A stretch of DNA of 64,000 bases, from the sequence record NC_070882.1; one strand, given 5' to 3'. The translations under genes and the position numbers were made by a program. Within the stretch, counting starts at the first letter, position 1, and every line of letters begins with the position of its first letter. The notes beneath the pieces were generated by a model, which did not search any database, was not told the DNA's origin, and was given only the letters and a program-made list of their open reading frames with translations. Shown piece by piece: positions 51,799 through 61,230 of this stretch.

Positions 51799-52622
51799 TG
51801 GATCCACGACACCCAGTTAGCGATGAAATGCGCGCAACGGTAAACGCTGAACTTGACAGAATTGAGAGGAAGTACGGTGTAAAGATTATTTACGCTTGTG
51901 AGTCTGGTAGTCGTGGATGGGGCTTTGCTTCTACTAACAGTGACTACGATGTTCGTTTCATCTACGTTAACCATCCGAGTCATTACGTTCGTGTAGATAA
52001 CGAAGGTCGTGACACTATCGAGGAGATGGTATCGAAGGAACTCGATCTAGCTGGTTGGAACATCACCAAGACTCTACAGTTGGCTTACAAGTCCAACCCA
52101 ACTCTGTTGGAATGGCTAAACTCTCCGATCGTCTATCGGAAGAATCAATGGGACTACGATCTGATTCGTTCCTATGCCATCAAGCACTTCATTCCTGAAT
52201 CGAGCTTCATGCACTATATCTCCATGGCCAAACAAACCAAGATGCGATGGCTGTCGGATGATAAGGTTCGAATGAAGAAATACTTCTATGCTTTGCGTCC
52301 TCTACTTGCAGCATTGTGGGTAGAGACCAGTCATGAACATCCACCCATGGTGTTCCATGAATTGTTGCCTATTCTGTCTGATCCTACTCTGTACAAGCGT
52401 ATCCAAGAATTGGTTAACGCTAAGGTTGGAGCTACTGAGCAGGATCTCGTTGACCGTTGCCCAGTTCTGGATCGGTTCATTGATTTCCATCTGGCTAAAG
52501 AGAAACCAAACTTCGGTGAATATGAACGCCCGGATATCTACAAGCTAAGTGAACTCGCCTGGCACTTCGTCGATCAATATAAATTCGATACGTTCCAGTT
52601 ACTACACGGGAATCCAAAATGA
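51798..52622 (+). CDS. Pol-beta-superfamily nucleotidyltransferase (PF10127/RlaP-like)
   Basis: YACESGSRGWGFASTNSDYDVRFIY, KSNPTLLEWLNSP, KKYFYALRPLLA motifs. Confidence 0.85.
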   Translation: MDPRHPVSDEMRATVNAELDRIERKYGVKIIYACESGSRGWGFASTNSDYDVRFIYVNHPSHYVRVDNEGRDTIEEMVSKELDLAGWNITKTLQLAYKSNPTLLEWLNSPIVYRKNQWDYDLIRSYAIKHFIPESSFMHYISMAKQTKMRWLSDDKVRMKKYFYALRPLLAALWVETSHEHPPMVFHELLPILSDPTLYKRIQELVNAKVGATEQDLVDRCPVLDRFIDFHLAKEKPNFGEYERPDIYKLSELAWHFVDQYKFDTFQLLHGNPK

Positions 52623-53209
52623 GTGCATCTATTAATGCAGCTGAATTAGCAGCAATGGTAGGTCGTCATCCTGTTCAATATGGACAAGCGATTGAATGTA
52701 CTGTGTCGTACAGACGTGAACCATACATTCCCATTACTCGTTGGGTAAAACTTCGGTGTGTGGTGTTGTATTTGATCTGCCTGACATTCTTGGGTGGAGC
52801 TGCGTATAACTCCTTTTTCTCGGATTACATTACCAAACGTAAGACTGAAGTTGTTCTGACGTGGAAATGGGAAGAGTCTCACAAATATAAATCGGGTGTC
52901 TACACTGAGTTAATGGGGCGTTGGGAAGGGAAGATGAAAGGCGTGCCCTTCGTATACGAAACTAAACTCGGTAACTACACTTATCATCATGTTCCTGTTG
53001 GTACCGAATATCGGCTCGACATTGCGCCACGTGATGTCGATCATGAGAACGATGCATGGGTTATTCTCAGTGCGATATGGCTGGCAGTCGCGATTATTCT
53101 TGGTGGGCCCGCTATGTGGTTCAGTGTAAAACCTTGGTTCGTTGATGCTGAACGCCGGAGGAAAGAGAAAGAATGTGCTATGAAAGAAGAATCATCCCAC
53201 TCGCAATAA
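52619..53209 (+). CDS. Two-TM membrane protein
   Basis: Hydrophobic segments VVLYLICLTFLGGAAY and WVILSAIWLAVAIILGGPAMWF. Confidence 0.65.
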   Translation: MSASINAAELAAMVGRHPVQYGQAIECTVSYRREPYIPITRWVKLRCVVLYLICLTFLGGAAYNSFFSDYITKRKTEVVLTWKWEESHKYKSGVYTELMGRWEGKMKGVPFVYETKLGNYTYHHVPVGTEYRLDIAPRDVDHENDAWVILSAIWLAVAIILGGPAMWFSVKPWFVDAERRRKEKECAMKEESSHSQ

Positions 53210-53558
53210 GCTCTTATCCTCTTCCAGCATTCTTCTGGAATGAGCGGTGCCTCCGGGCACCAAAGCCCTTCATAGTTGATGGCTACTATCACCTATCACC
53301 CTATCGTAAGGTAAGACCAGGATTGATAGCTTTCCCTACTGGGTTCACCACAACACCGTCCTCTGTAAGAGATGTAATTGAGTCTCTTAATGGACATGTG
53401 CGTAATACAAATAAGGCTATTAACAATTTACTCAAAAGTCTTATCTAATACGGACGAGCATGACACTACTCTACTTGTCCTTGGAATTCTGCGGTCCCGA
53501 CCTTGGCACAACGTTAAATCGTTGAATTCCTAAACCTTAAATACCTGGAGCGTCTACA

Positions 53559-55763
53559 ATGACTACTCAAAATTACGTTATGCTGAACGAACAAAATGAA
53601 TTCCCAATTAAAGCTTGGGTTAAGGGTGTCCCCGTTGAGGCTGATGCTAAACGTCAGCTGAAAAATATTTCGGGTCTCCCATTCATTTACAAGCATCTGG
53701 CTGTAATGCCTGATGTCCACCTCGGTACTGGTGCTACCATCGGTTCCGTAATCGCTACACGGGGTGCAATCATTCCGTCTGCGGTGGGGGTCGATATTGG
53801 ATGCGTTGACAAGGAGACAGAATTCCTTTCTCCAAATGGATGGAAACGAATTGATGAATGGAATGGTGATTCAGTTCTCCAGTACGACAGGCTTACTGGT
53901 GAGGCTAGCTTCGTAGAACCTCTTGCTTACATCCGCAAACCGGCAGATAAGTTCTATCACCTGAAAACCAAATACGGTGTCGACCAAATGTTGTCACCTG
54001 ATCACAAGGTCCTTTATCGCAAAACATCGCGTAATGGACCGATGGCAGGTGAATTGGCGGATATCAGTGTAGAAGAGATTTTCACAAAACATTCCCTGAA
54101 TGAACAGGGATGGTCTGGTCGATTCCTGACTACGTTCATACCTAAGCTCGATACATCACTCCCTCTGACGGATGAGCAACTGCGGGTTCAAGTTATGGTA
54201 ATGGCTGACGGGCATTTTGATAATCGCCGCGATAATCTTCGGTGTAGCCTTCACTTCAGAAAAGAACGTAAAGTCAGTAGAGCGATCCAGCTTCTGGTGG
54301 ATGCTGGAATTGACTACACCTACGATGTGAAAGAATGGGCTGACGGAAAGACTTCGGTCATCGCATTCAATGCGCCCATACGCTGGAAGTCTTTGGGGAT
54401 GTTCTGGGAAGCTAGTCATGAACAGCTCAAGATTATCGCTGAAGAGTGCCTGAAATGGGATGGTAGTGACGAACATAGTTGTTTCTATACTCGTGACAAG
54501 AGTGCAGCTGACTTCATTCAATATGCATTCACCGCCTGTGGTACTCGTGCTCGTCTCCTGACGGATATTCGTGTCGATGGTTCTCGTGATTATCGGGTGT
54601 TTGCGAACTCCAATACCGAGGTGGGAATTAAGAGCGTTCCAAAAACCCCTATCGAGGTTGTAACTGGTCTTGATATGGAACAGTTCTGCTTCACCCTTCC
54701 GAAAGGTTACTGGGTAATGCGGCGGAACGGGTGCGTGGCAATCACAGGTAACTGTGGAATGGCAGCTCAGTTGACTGATCTGACAGCTAACGACATGACC
54801 CGTGGCCTACAACATCTTCGTTATAGAATCGAATCTCGTATCCCCCATGGTCGTACTGACAATGGGGGACCTAACGATCGTGGTGCATGGAGTGACTTCA
54901 ATAATGTCTATAAGAAACTTGAACCTGAGCTCCAAGTTCAGGTTAAGAAGCTTGAAGAGGAACTGAAGCTCATTGTAGCTAAACACCCCAAACTGGGTAA
55001 AGCAGCTAACCGTGCGTTCAACCATGCCGGTACCCTCGGTACCGGTAACCACTTCGTCGAAATCTGTCTGGATGAACAAGATCGAGTTTGGATCATGCTC
55101 CATTCGGGTTCTCGTGGGATCGGTAACGCTATTGGTCGGTACTTCATCGAGAAAGCAAAAGAGGAGATGCGGCTCTACCACATCAACCTGTCCGATCAGG
55201 ACCTCGCTTATCTGCCGGAAGGTACCAAGTACTACAGCGATTACATCGAAGCTGTACATTGGGCTCAGCGTTATGCAGCACTCAACCGTACCATCATGAT
55301 GCGGGCGACCATTGAGGCTGTAGCTGATTACATGGGTCGTCCAATCAATACCAGTCTCACTGCGGTCAACTGCCACCACAACTACGTGTCGTTCGAGAAT
55401 CACTTCGGTGCGAAAGTATCCGTTACTCGTAAAGGTGCTGTACGGGCAGATGAAGGCATGTATGGTATTATCCCTGGATCGATGGGTGCAAAGAGCTTCA
55501 TCGTGAAAGGTAAAGGGAACCGCGAGTCCTTCTGTTCGTGTTCGCACGGAGCAGGACGTGTCATGTCCCGAACCCAAGCCGCTAAGACCTTTACTCTTGC
55601 TGATCATGCTCGTGATACTGCCGGTATAGAATGCCGGAAAGACATTGACGTAATCGACGAGACTCCAAAGGCTTATAAGAACATCGAAGACGTAATGGCT
55701 GCTCAGGATGACCTCATTGAGATCGTCCACACCCTGCGTCAGATTGTTTGCGTCAAGGGCTAA
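53559..55763 (+). CDS. rtcB: RNA ligase RtcB containing an intein
   Basis: MPDVHLG, VGVDIG|CG, GTLGTGNHFVE, MLHSGSRG, CHHNY, IPGSMG, SCSHGAGR, DETPKAYK motifs. Confidence 0.95.
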   Translation: MTTQNYVMLNEQNEFPIKAWVKGVPVEADAKRQLKNISGLPFIYKHLAVMPDVHLGTGATIGSVIATRGAIIPSAVGVDIGCVDKETEFLSPNGWKRIDEWNGDSVLQYDRLTGEASFVEPLAYIRKPADKFYHLKTKYGVDQMLSPDHKVLYRKTSRNGPMAGELADISVEEIFTKHSLNEQGWSGRFLTTFIPKLDTSLPLTDEQLRVQVMVMADGHFDNRRDNLRCSLHFRKERKVSRAIQLLVDAGIDYTYDVKEWADGKTSVIAFNAPIRWKSLGMFWEASHEQLKIIAEECLKWDGSDEHSCFYTRDKSAADFIQYAFTACGTRARLLTDIRVDGSRDYRVFANSNTEVGIKSVPKTPIEVVTGLDMEQFCFTLPKGYWVMRRNGCVAITGNCGMAAQLTDLTANDMTRGLQHLRYRIESRIPHGRTDNGGPNDRGAWSDFNNVYKKLEPELQVQVKKLEEELKLIVAKHPKLGKAANRAFNHAGTLGTGNHFVEICLDEQDRVWIMLHSGSRGIGNAIGRYFIEKAKEEMRLYHINLSDQDLAYLPEGTKYYSDYIEAVHWAQRYAALNRTIMMRATIEAVADYMGRPINTSLTAVNCHHNYVSFENHFGAKVSVTRKGAVRADEGMYGIIPGSMGAKSFIVKGKGNRESFCSCSHGAGRVMSRTQAAKTFTLADHARDTAGIECRKDIDVIDETPKAYKNIEDVMAAQDDLIEIVHTLRQIVCVKG
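53802..54752 (+). mobile_element. Intein (317 aa) with LAGLIDADG-like domain in RtcB
   Basis: Begins CVDKETEFLSP after VDIG and ends VAITGN before CGM; endonuclease-like blocks VMADGH and LKWDGS. Confidence 0.88.
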
Positions 55764-55810
55764 CCCGAACGGGGACTTCGGTCCCCATAACTTTCCTAAA
55801 GGAAAAATAA

Positions 55811-56698
55811 ATGATTCGAATTACTCAGCTTCACGGTAACGGCCTGGCAGATCACTACGATTGTCAGCCCTTTAAATTCCCTGGCGGTGAGATCGGTATC
55901 AAGATCCCTCTGAAAGATCACAGAAAGAAAGGTGAACAATTCATAGTCAATGCTTGGCTTCGTAATAGTGATGACATCATGGAACTGTTCCTGGTGTTCG
56001 ATGCTATTCGTCGTCAACGTATTCGTCCTGAAATGCACCTGGTTATTGGTTATCTGCCGTATGCACGACAAGATCGTGTTTGCGATGAAGGTGAACCTTT
56101 GTCGATCAGTGTGATGACTAGCTTGATCAACGCATTGGATGCTACATCCGTGTGTTTGTACGATCCGCACAGCAATGTGTCGCTACCGCTCATCAACAAC
56201 TGTCGCGAAATCACCCAAGCTGATATTATCAAGAGCTGGGTATGTGTAGAAGGACAACTTCTGGAAACTCCACAAGAATGGTGGTTGGTTGCCCCTGATG
56301 AAGGTGCACGTAAAAAGATCGAAGCCATTGCAAAAGAGATCGGTGCTGCTGGTGTACTCTACGCTTGCAAGAACCGTGAACTGTCGACTGGTAAGATCAC
56401 CCATACGTCTTTGTTGAATGCCCATGATGTTCCTCGATTAGCAAAGCTTTTGGTTATCGATGACATCTGTGATGGTGGCCGCACGTTCATTGAACTTGCT
56501 AAGGTTATCCACGAACAGTGCATCGTAGATCAACTGGGTCTGTTTGTAACCCATGGTATTTTCTCCAAGGGTTTCGACGAGCTGAACGAATACTACGACT
56601 ATATCCAGACCACTAACACCTATCATCCTAACGCCGTAAATGATTATCGGCATGATGGTGTACGTGACCCGAAATTCTTCTCCCATTCTGTTTTCTAA
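55811..56698 (+). CDS. prs: Ribose-phosphate pyrophosphokinase homolog (Adps-like, NARP1)
   Basis: FPGGE, YLPYARQDR, DPHS, VAPDEGA, LVIDDICDGGRTF motifs; hairpin at 55771-55786 upstream. Confidence 0.9.
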   Translation: MIRITQLHGNGLADHYDCQPFKFPGGEIGIKIPLKDHRKKGEQFIVNAWLRNSDDIMELFLVFDAIRRQRIRPEMHLVIGYLPYARQDRVCDEGEPLSISVMTSLINALDATSVCLYDPHSNVSLPLINNCREITQADIIKSWVCVEGQLLETPQEWWLVAPDEGARKKIEAIAKEIGAAGVLYACKNRELSTGKITHTSLLNAHDVPRLAKLLVIDDICDGGRTFIELAKVIHEQCIVDQLGLFVTHGIFSKGFDELNEYYDYIQTTNTYHPNAVNDYRHDGVRDPKFFSHSVF

Positions 56699-56714
56699 TC
56701 CGAGGATCAAAAAT

Positions 56715-58481
56715 ATGTCTAATGCTCTCTATGCTGCAACTGCTACTGACTGCTACAAACCCGGTCATGGTGCTCTGTACCCGAAAGGTACTGAACGTAA
56801 ATATGCTAACTTCACCCCGCGCTCTGCTAAGCAGTTCCTGCGGTCGAAGTCTTGCTCTGCGTTCTACGATAACAAAGTCGTTAACTTCGGGTTGCAAGGT
56901 ACTTGGCACGAACTGGTAGAACTGTGGGATCGCACCTTCTTCAATCTGCCTCGTGAAATTGCCGTCAAACGTGCACAACGTCGTTTCGACAACATGTGCG
57001 GTAAAGGCGTAATCAAACATGAGTGTCTGTACAAACTACATGAACTGGGTTACCTGCCTCTGACTGTACTGGCTATTGATGAAGGTGAACGTGTTAACAT
57101 TGGTGTTCCAACTTTCGTAGTTTACAACAGTCTGGATGACGATGATCATTACTGGCTGGTGAACTATCTGGAAACCATCGTTAGTTCGTACAACTGGAAA
57201 ATGATTTGCAACGCAACCATCGCTGCTGAATACCAACGTGTATTGAACCATTATGCTGACCGTACTTGCGATAACCGTGAGCACGTTAAGTTCCAAGCAC
57301 ATGATTTCAGCTTCCGTGGTATGAGTGGCCCTGAAGATGCAATGCGTTCTGGCTCGGCTCACCTGACTAGCTTCGCTGGTACTGATACCATCCCGGCACT
57401 TGATTACGCTGAGATGTATTACGGTGCTAATAGCGATACTGAACTGTTGGGTGCTTCGGTTACTGCAACCGAACACGCTGTAGCCACTACCAACATCCTG
57501 TACCGTTTGCAAATGAAGGTCAACTTCCTCAAAGAGGAAGGTACTGTGATCACTCCGGAACTACATGACAAACTGCGACTGGAAGCTGAACGTGACTACA
57601 TTCTGGAGATCATTCTTCAGAAAGTTCCGGAAGGCATCATCTCGCTGGTCTGTGATTCCTTCGACTTCTGGGGTGTTATCTCTGATGTTCTCCCGAGCAT
57701 CCGTGCAGAAATCGAAAGTCGTCTGAAGAATGAACTTGGCCTTGCCAGGGTTGTTGTTCGTCCTGACTCCGGTGATCCGGTTAAAGTTATTACTGGCTAT
57801 ATGGCTTACCCGACTGAGTTTGCAGATCGCGCTGATTTCGAGAAGCACATCGGTGAACTGGGGTCCATTGAGTTCAGTGGCTACGAAGTTGTACGTATCG
57901 CAGGCGAATACTACGAGATCAATCACATTGCTTCGTCGCTTTCCGATTTCCTGTCTGAAAAGACTATCCCGGAAGTTGAAGTACGTGGTGTGATTGAAGT
58001 CCTGTGGGATTCCTTTGGCGGTACTGTTAACGGTAAGGGCTTCAAGTGCCTGAACGAGTACGTCGGTTTGATCTATGGTGACTCGATCACTGTGGAGCGT
58101 ACTGAGCAGATCATGTCTCGCTTGGAACGTAAAGGCTACGCCTCCAGCAACGTCGTTCTCGGTATTGGTAGCTACACCTATCAGTACAACACTCGCGATA
58201 CGTTCGGTATGGCCGTTAAAGCCACCGCTGTTCAGATCGATGAGGAATTCGTAGAACTGTATAAAGATCCAAAAGCTGCATCTAGTAAGAAGTCTGCAAA
58301 AGGTTTCCTTCGTGTAATTAAAGATGAAGAAGGTAACTTCGTTCTTGAACAAGAAGCCGATCTTTCTTGGGCGACTCTGGAAACAGAATCCGGTGAATTG
58401 AAGCTATTCTTTAAGAATGGTGAATTCTACAAGAACGACACGATGGCAAAAATCCGGGAACGGATTGCGACCTCTCTGTAA
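56715..58481 (+). CDS. Nicotinamide phosphoribosyltransferase homolog (Namat-like, NARP1)
   Basis: TDCYKPGH, HDFSFRG, FAGTDT, ATEH, SLVCDSFD, VVRPDSGDP, LIYGDSIT, GIGSYTYQYNTRDTFG motifs; hairpin at 58489-58506 follows. Confidence 0.92.
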   Translation: MSNALYAATATDCYKPGHGALYPKGTERKYANFTPRSAKQFLRSKSCSAFYDNKVVNFGLQGTWHELVELWDRTFFNLPREIAVKRAQRRFDNMCGKGVIKHECLYKLHELGYLPLTVLAIDEGERVNIGVPTFVVYNSLDDDDHYWLVNYLETIVSSYNWKMICNATIAAEYQRVLNHYADRTCDNREHVKFQAHDFSFRGMSGPEDAMRSGSAHLTSFAGTDTIPALDYAEMYYGANSDTELLGASVTATEHAVATTNILYRLQMKVNFLKEEGTVITPELHDKLRLEAERDYILEIILQKVPEGIISLVCDSFDFWGVISDVLPSIRAEIESRLKNELGLARVVVRPDSGDPVKVITGYMAYPTEFADRADFEKHIGELGSIEFSGYEVVRIAGEYYEINHIASSLSDFLSEKTIPEVEVRGVIEVLWDSFGGTVNGKGFKCLNEYVGLIYGDSITVERTEQIMSRLERKGYASSNVVLGIGSYTYQYNTRDTFGMAVKATAVQIDEEFVELYKDPKAASSKKSAKGFLRVIKDEEGNFVLEQEADLSWATLETESGELKLFFKNGEFYKNDTMAKIRERIATSL

Positions 58482-58516
58482 TAGACATGGGGAGCTTCGG
58501 CTCCCCTTTATGTCAT

Positions 58517-58541
58517 AAAAAAGATTTCAAATCTATATTAC
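58517..58541 (+). promoter_or_regulatory. Candidate phage early promoter
   Basis: AAAAAAGATTTCAAATCTATATTAC with an exact TATATTAC. Confidence 0.7.
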
Positions 58542-58570
58542 TCTCTTGTATCCACAACGAGGTAACTGCA

Positions 58571-58969
58571 ATGTCGAATAAAGACCGTTTAGATGAAAAG
58601 AAAGAATGGCAAGAATCGAACCCAGTTCTCAATGAGTTCTGCTGGACTGTAAGTCGTACCATGGGCGACGTAGCACGTACCAGTGACGACCGTACTCCCA
58701 TTGTCGATATCCCTGCTGGAAAGACTTATGAAATCACTACCAACCAGGAGAACGATATTTATAATGTCGGTCTTGAAACTGGTATGGTGAACTTCGTTGA
58801 TCACCTACGCGAGAATGGTTACAAGATCATCTCGCCGGTAAGTGGGCATCCTGTCCCATTTGAGCAAGCTGTAACCTTGGTAAATAGCACAGAGCAGGTC
58901 GTACAAGAACTACCTGGTAAGTCTTTCGTTGAAACCTTCTATGATTATAACTGGGGTGTGAATACATGA
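58571..58969 (+). CDS. Hypothetical protein
   Basis: GAGG RBS before ATG 58571. Confidence 0.65.
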   Translation: MSNKDRLDEKKEWQESNPVLNEFCWTVSRTMGDVARTSDDRTPIVDIPAGKTYEITTNQENDIYNVGLETGMVNFVDHLRENGYKIISPVSGHPVPFEQAVTLVNSTEQVVQELPGKSFVETFYDYNWGVNT

Positions 58970-59172
58970 TTGCAGCGCCGCCGTCACCGGGTAAAGTAAC
59001 GATAGATGGTTTACGTCGAACGTTGTCAGATCAGATTGAAGCTGAAATTTCATTGGCTTGTCGTGAAATTGAACTGACAGACATTCGTTATGTAGATCAA
59101 AAAGAAATACTCGAAATAGTGCGGCGGTTCCGTAATGACGTTCGCACAACCATCACTGATAAAGGTAAATAA
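58966..59172 (+). CDS. Small hypothetical protein
   Basis: 68 aa, ATGA overlap. Confidence 0.55.
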   Translation: MIAAPPSPGKVTIDGLRRTLSDQIEAEISLACREIELTDIRYVDQKEILEIVRRFRNDVRTTITDKGK

Positions 59173-59173
59173 A

Positions 59174-60529
59174 ATGACGATTGAAATGGATGAATTGAAA
59201 CCGATCCGCGAAGGTTTTGGTGTAGTAGAAGAAACTCGTAAGCTTGCACGCATTGTTGAGATCGATGATGTTGTGAAACACCCTAATGCCGATGCTCTGG
59301 AATTGGCTATTGTTGGTGGTTGGCAACTTTGTGTAAAGATGGGCGAATATAAGAAAGGTGATCGCGCTATTTACTGCGAGATTGATTCTCTTCTTCCTCT
59401 GGATAACGTTAAGCTCTTCGGTTTTCTTGAGAGCCGTCGGTCCGACAATCGGCGTGTAGACGGTAAAAACTATCATCGTTTGAAAACTATCAAGCTTCGT
59501 AAAGAGCTCTCTCAAGGACTACTGGTTCCGATTCCCGATGAGTTCAAAGATGAACCCGTTGATACTAACCTGACCCTGAAGCTGGGTATCCTTAAGTACG
59601 AGTCTGCTCCTCCGATGGTATCGAAGGCTCATGCAGCACGTAACGCTCCGTGGATCGTTAAGCTTGGTGCCAAGCTGATTGGTAATCTGGGTGGCGCTCT
59701 GAAACCGTGGCCTGAGATGCTAACTAAGTCCGATCAAGACCGCATTCAGAATAAGACCGTTGCGTTTTATAACCTGAAAGAAGACGGTGATGACATGGAA
59801 GTTACCTATAAGCTGGATGGTAGCTCCATGACCGTATTCTGTGTCGATGACAAAGGCATTCGTACTGGCGTTTGTTCGCGGAACTACGAACTCGGAATGG
59901 GTGGCGAGAAGTGGGGATTCATCCAGCAGCTTCGGTATTGGGTTGGTAACTTCCTTATCCGTAACCGTAATCTGTTCCGTAAGAAGACCTGGGTTACTCC
60001 AGAAGGTAAACTTCGTAATGGTATTATTCTGCCCCTTTGGACGAAAGGTACCGCTATCGAAGACAATAACTTCGTACGTGTAACTAACCAACAACAGATC
60101 ATCGAACGTCTTCTCAAGTTCCACAAGAACACCGGTCGCTTCATTTCTGTACAAGGGGAACTGATTGGACCATCTATTCAAGATAACTTTGAAGAAGTGG
60201 CTGATTACGATTATTACATCTTCAACGTGTATGAGGATGGTAATCGTGAACTCCTGCCGGCCGAAGCACGAGCTGTTGTAAAAGACCTTGGTCTGAATTA
60301 TGTTCCCGTGCTTGACCAGTGCTGGAAACCTTCTAAGGAAATGTCTGTTAAAGATGTTCTCGCTATGGCTGAAGGTCCATCTGCATTTAAGAACAAGCGC
60401 GGATACCGGGAAGGTCTGGTATTTAAGTCCAACCAACGTGTACTATCTTGGAAGGCTATCAGTAACGCATATCTTCTCAAGAAAGCAAAAGAAGAAGAGA
60501 AAGCAGCTGCTAAAGAAGACGCTGTATAA
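59174..60529 (+). CDS. ATP-dependent RNA ligase (DRB0094/Rnl2-like) with N-terminal OB fold
   Basis: HPNADALE...GGWQ N-terminal module; YKLDGSS, QGELIGP, FNVY, REGLVFK, WKAISN.YL motifs; hairpin at 60537-60560 follows. Confidence 0.88.
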   Translation: MTIEMDELKPIREGFGVVEETRKLARIVEIDDVVKHPNADALELAIVGGWQLCVKMGEYKKGDRAIYCEIDSLLPLDNVKLFGFLESRRSDNRRVDGKNYHRLKTIKLRKELSQGLLVPIPDEFKDEPVDTNLTLKLGILKYESAPPMVSKAHAARNAPWIVKLGAKLIGNLGGALKPWPEMLTKSDQDRIQNKTVAFYNLKEDGDDMEVTYKLDGSSMTVFCVDDKGIRTGVCSRNYELGMGGEKWGFIQQLRYWVGNFLIRNRNLFRKKTWVTPEGKLRNGIILPLWTKGTAIEDNNFVRVTNQQQIIERLLKFHKNTGRFISVQGELIGPSIQDNFEEVADYDYYIFNVYEDGNRELLPAEARAVVKDLGLNYVPVLDQCWKPSKEMSVKDVLAMAEGPSAFKNKRGYREGLVFKSNQRVLSWKAISNAYLLKKAKEEEKAAAKEDAV

Positions 60530-60585
60530 CGACATAAAAGGGGGTTCTAACCCCCTTTTTTATTTTTTGTCAAGAAGGTGAATAT

Positions 60586-60972
60586 ATGTCGCATGCTCTA
60601 AAGTACCTGACGCGTAATCTGGATAGTGAAGAACTATACCTGTTGTTGAACTGGAAAACCGATAAGGTTCTCTCACCTATTCTTCAAAAAGTCGGTATTC
60701 TATCCGAAGAAATGGGTGAAGAGGGTCGTCGCGTTTACTACAAGTTTGACAATGCTATTTGGAAACTTTGTCGAATTATCCGGGCTGAATATAATCTCCC
60801 GGATTTTCAAGAAGACCTTATCAGCGTTGTTCGAAATTACTTCAAGTTTACTTGGCGCGATGATAAGTTCAATATTGTTATTTTCGAAGAACCTGGATAT
60901 GCTCGTGTAGAGTATAGTACTTCACTTGACGTAATGGACATCTTCCATGAAGGTAAACCTCGTCGGCTCTAA
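60586..60972 (+). CDS. Hypothetical protein
   Basis: 128 aa, GAAGGTG RBS. Confidence 0.65.
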   Translation: MSHALKYLTRNLDSEELYLLLNWKTDKVLSPILQKVGILSEEMGEEGRRVYYKFDNAIWKLCRIIRAEYNLPDFQEDLISVVRNYFKFTWRDDKFNIVIFEEPGYARVEYSTSLDVMDIFHEGKPRRL

Positions 60973-61228
60973 GAAAGCTATAACTGCACTGTTGTATAAC
61001 AACAACGTGTATTCATTTGCTTTCTTTGCTGAGACAATCAGGAAAGCTATTGAAGCTTATGATCCCAATCAACGCTTTGTAATTAGCTATCGTCGTTATA
61101 TGCCACTATGGCAGAAAATCCGGATGACGATATTCCGCCAATACTCGGATCAGATGTATGTCAATCAAATAAAGATCCAGCTTCAGACGGATAAAACCTG
61201 GGAAACTATTCTTGACGTAGAGGGATAA
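60947..61228 (+). CDS. Hypothetical protein
   Basis: 93 aa, overlapping the previous gene. Confidence 0.5.
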   Translation: MKVNLVGSKKAITALLYNNNVYSFAFFAETIRKAIEAYDPNQRFVISYRRYMPLWQKIRMTIFRQYSDQMYVNQIKIQLQTDKTWETILDVEG

Positions 61229-61230
61229 AC

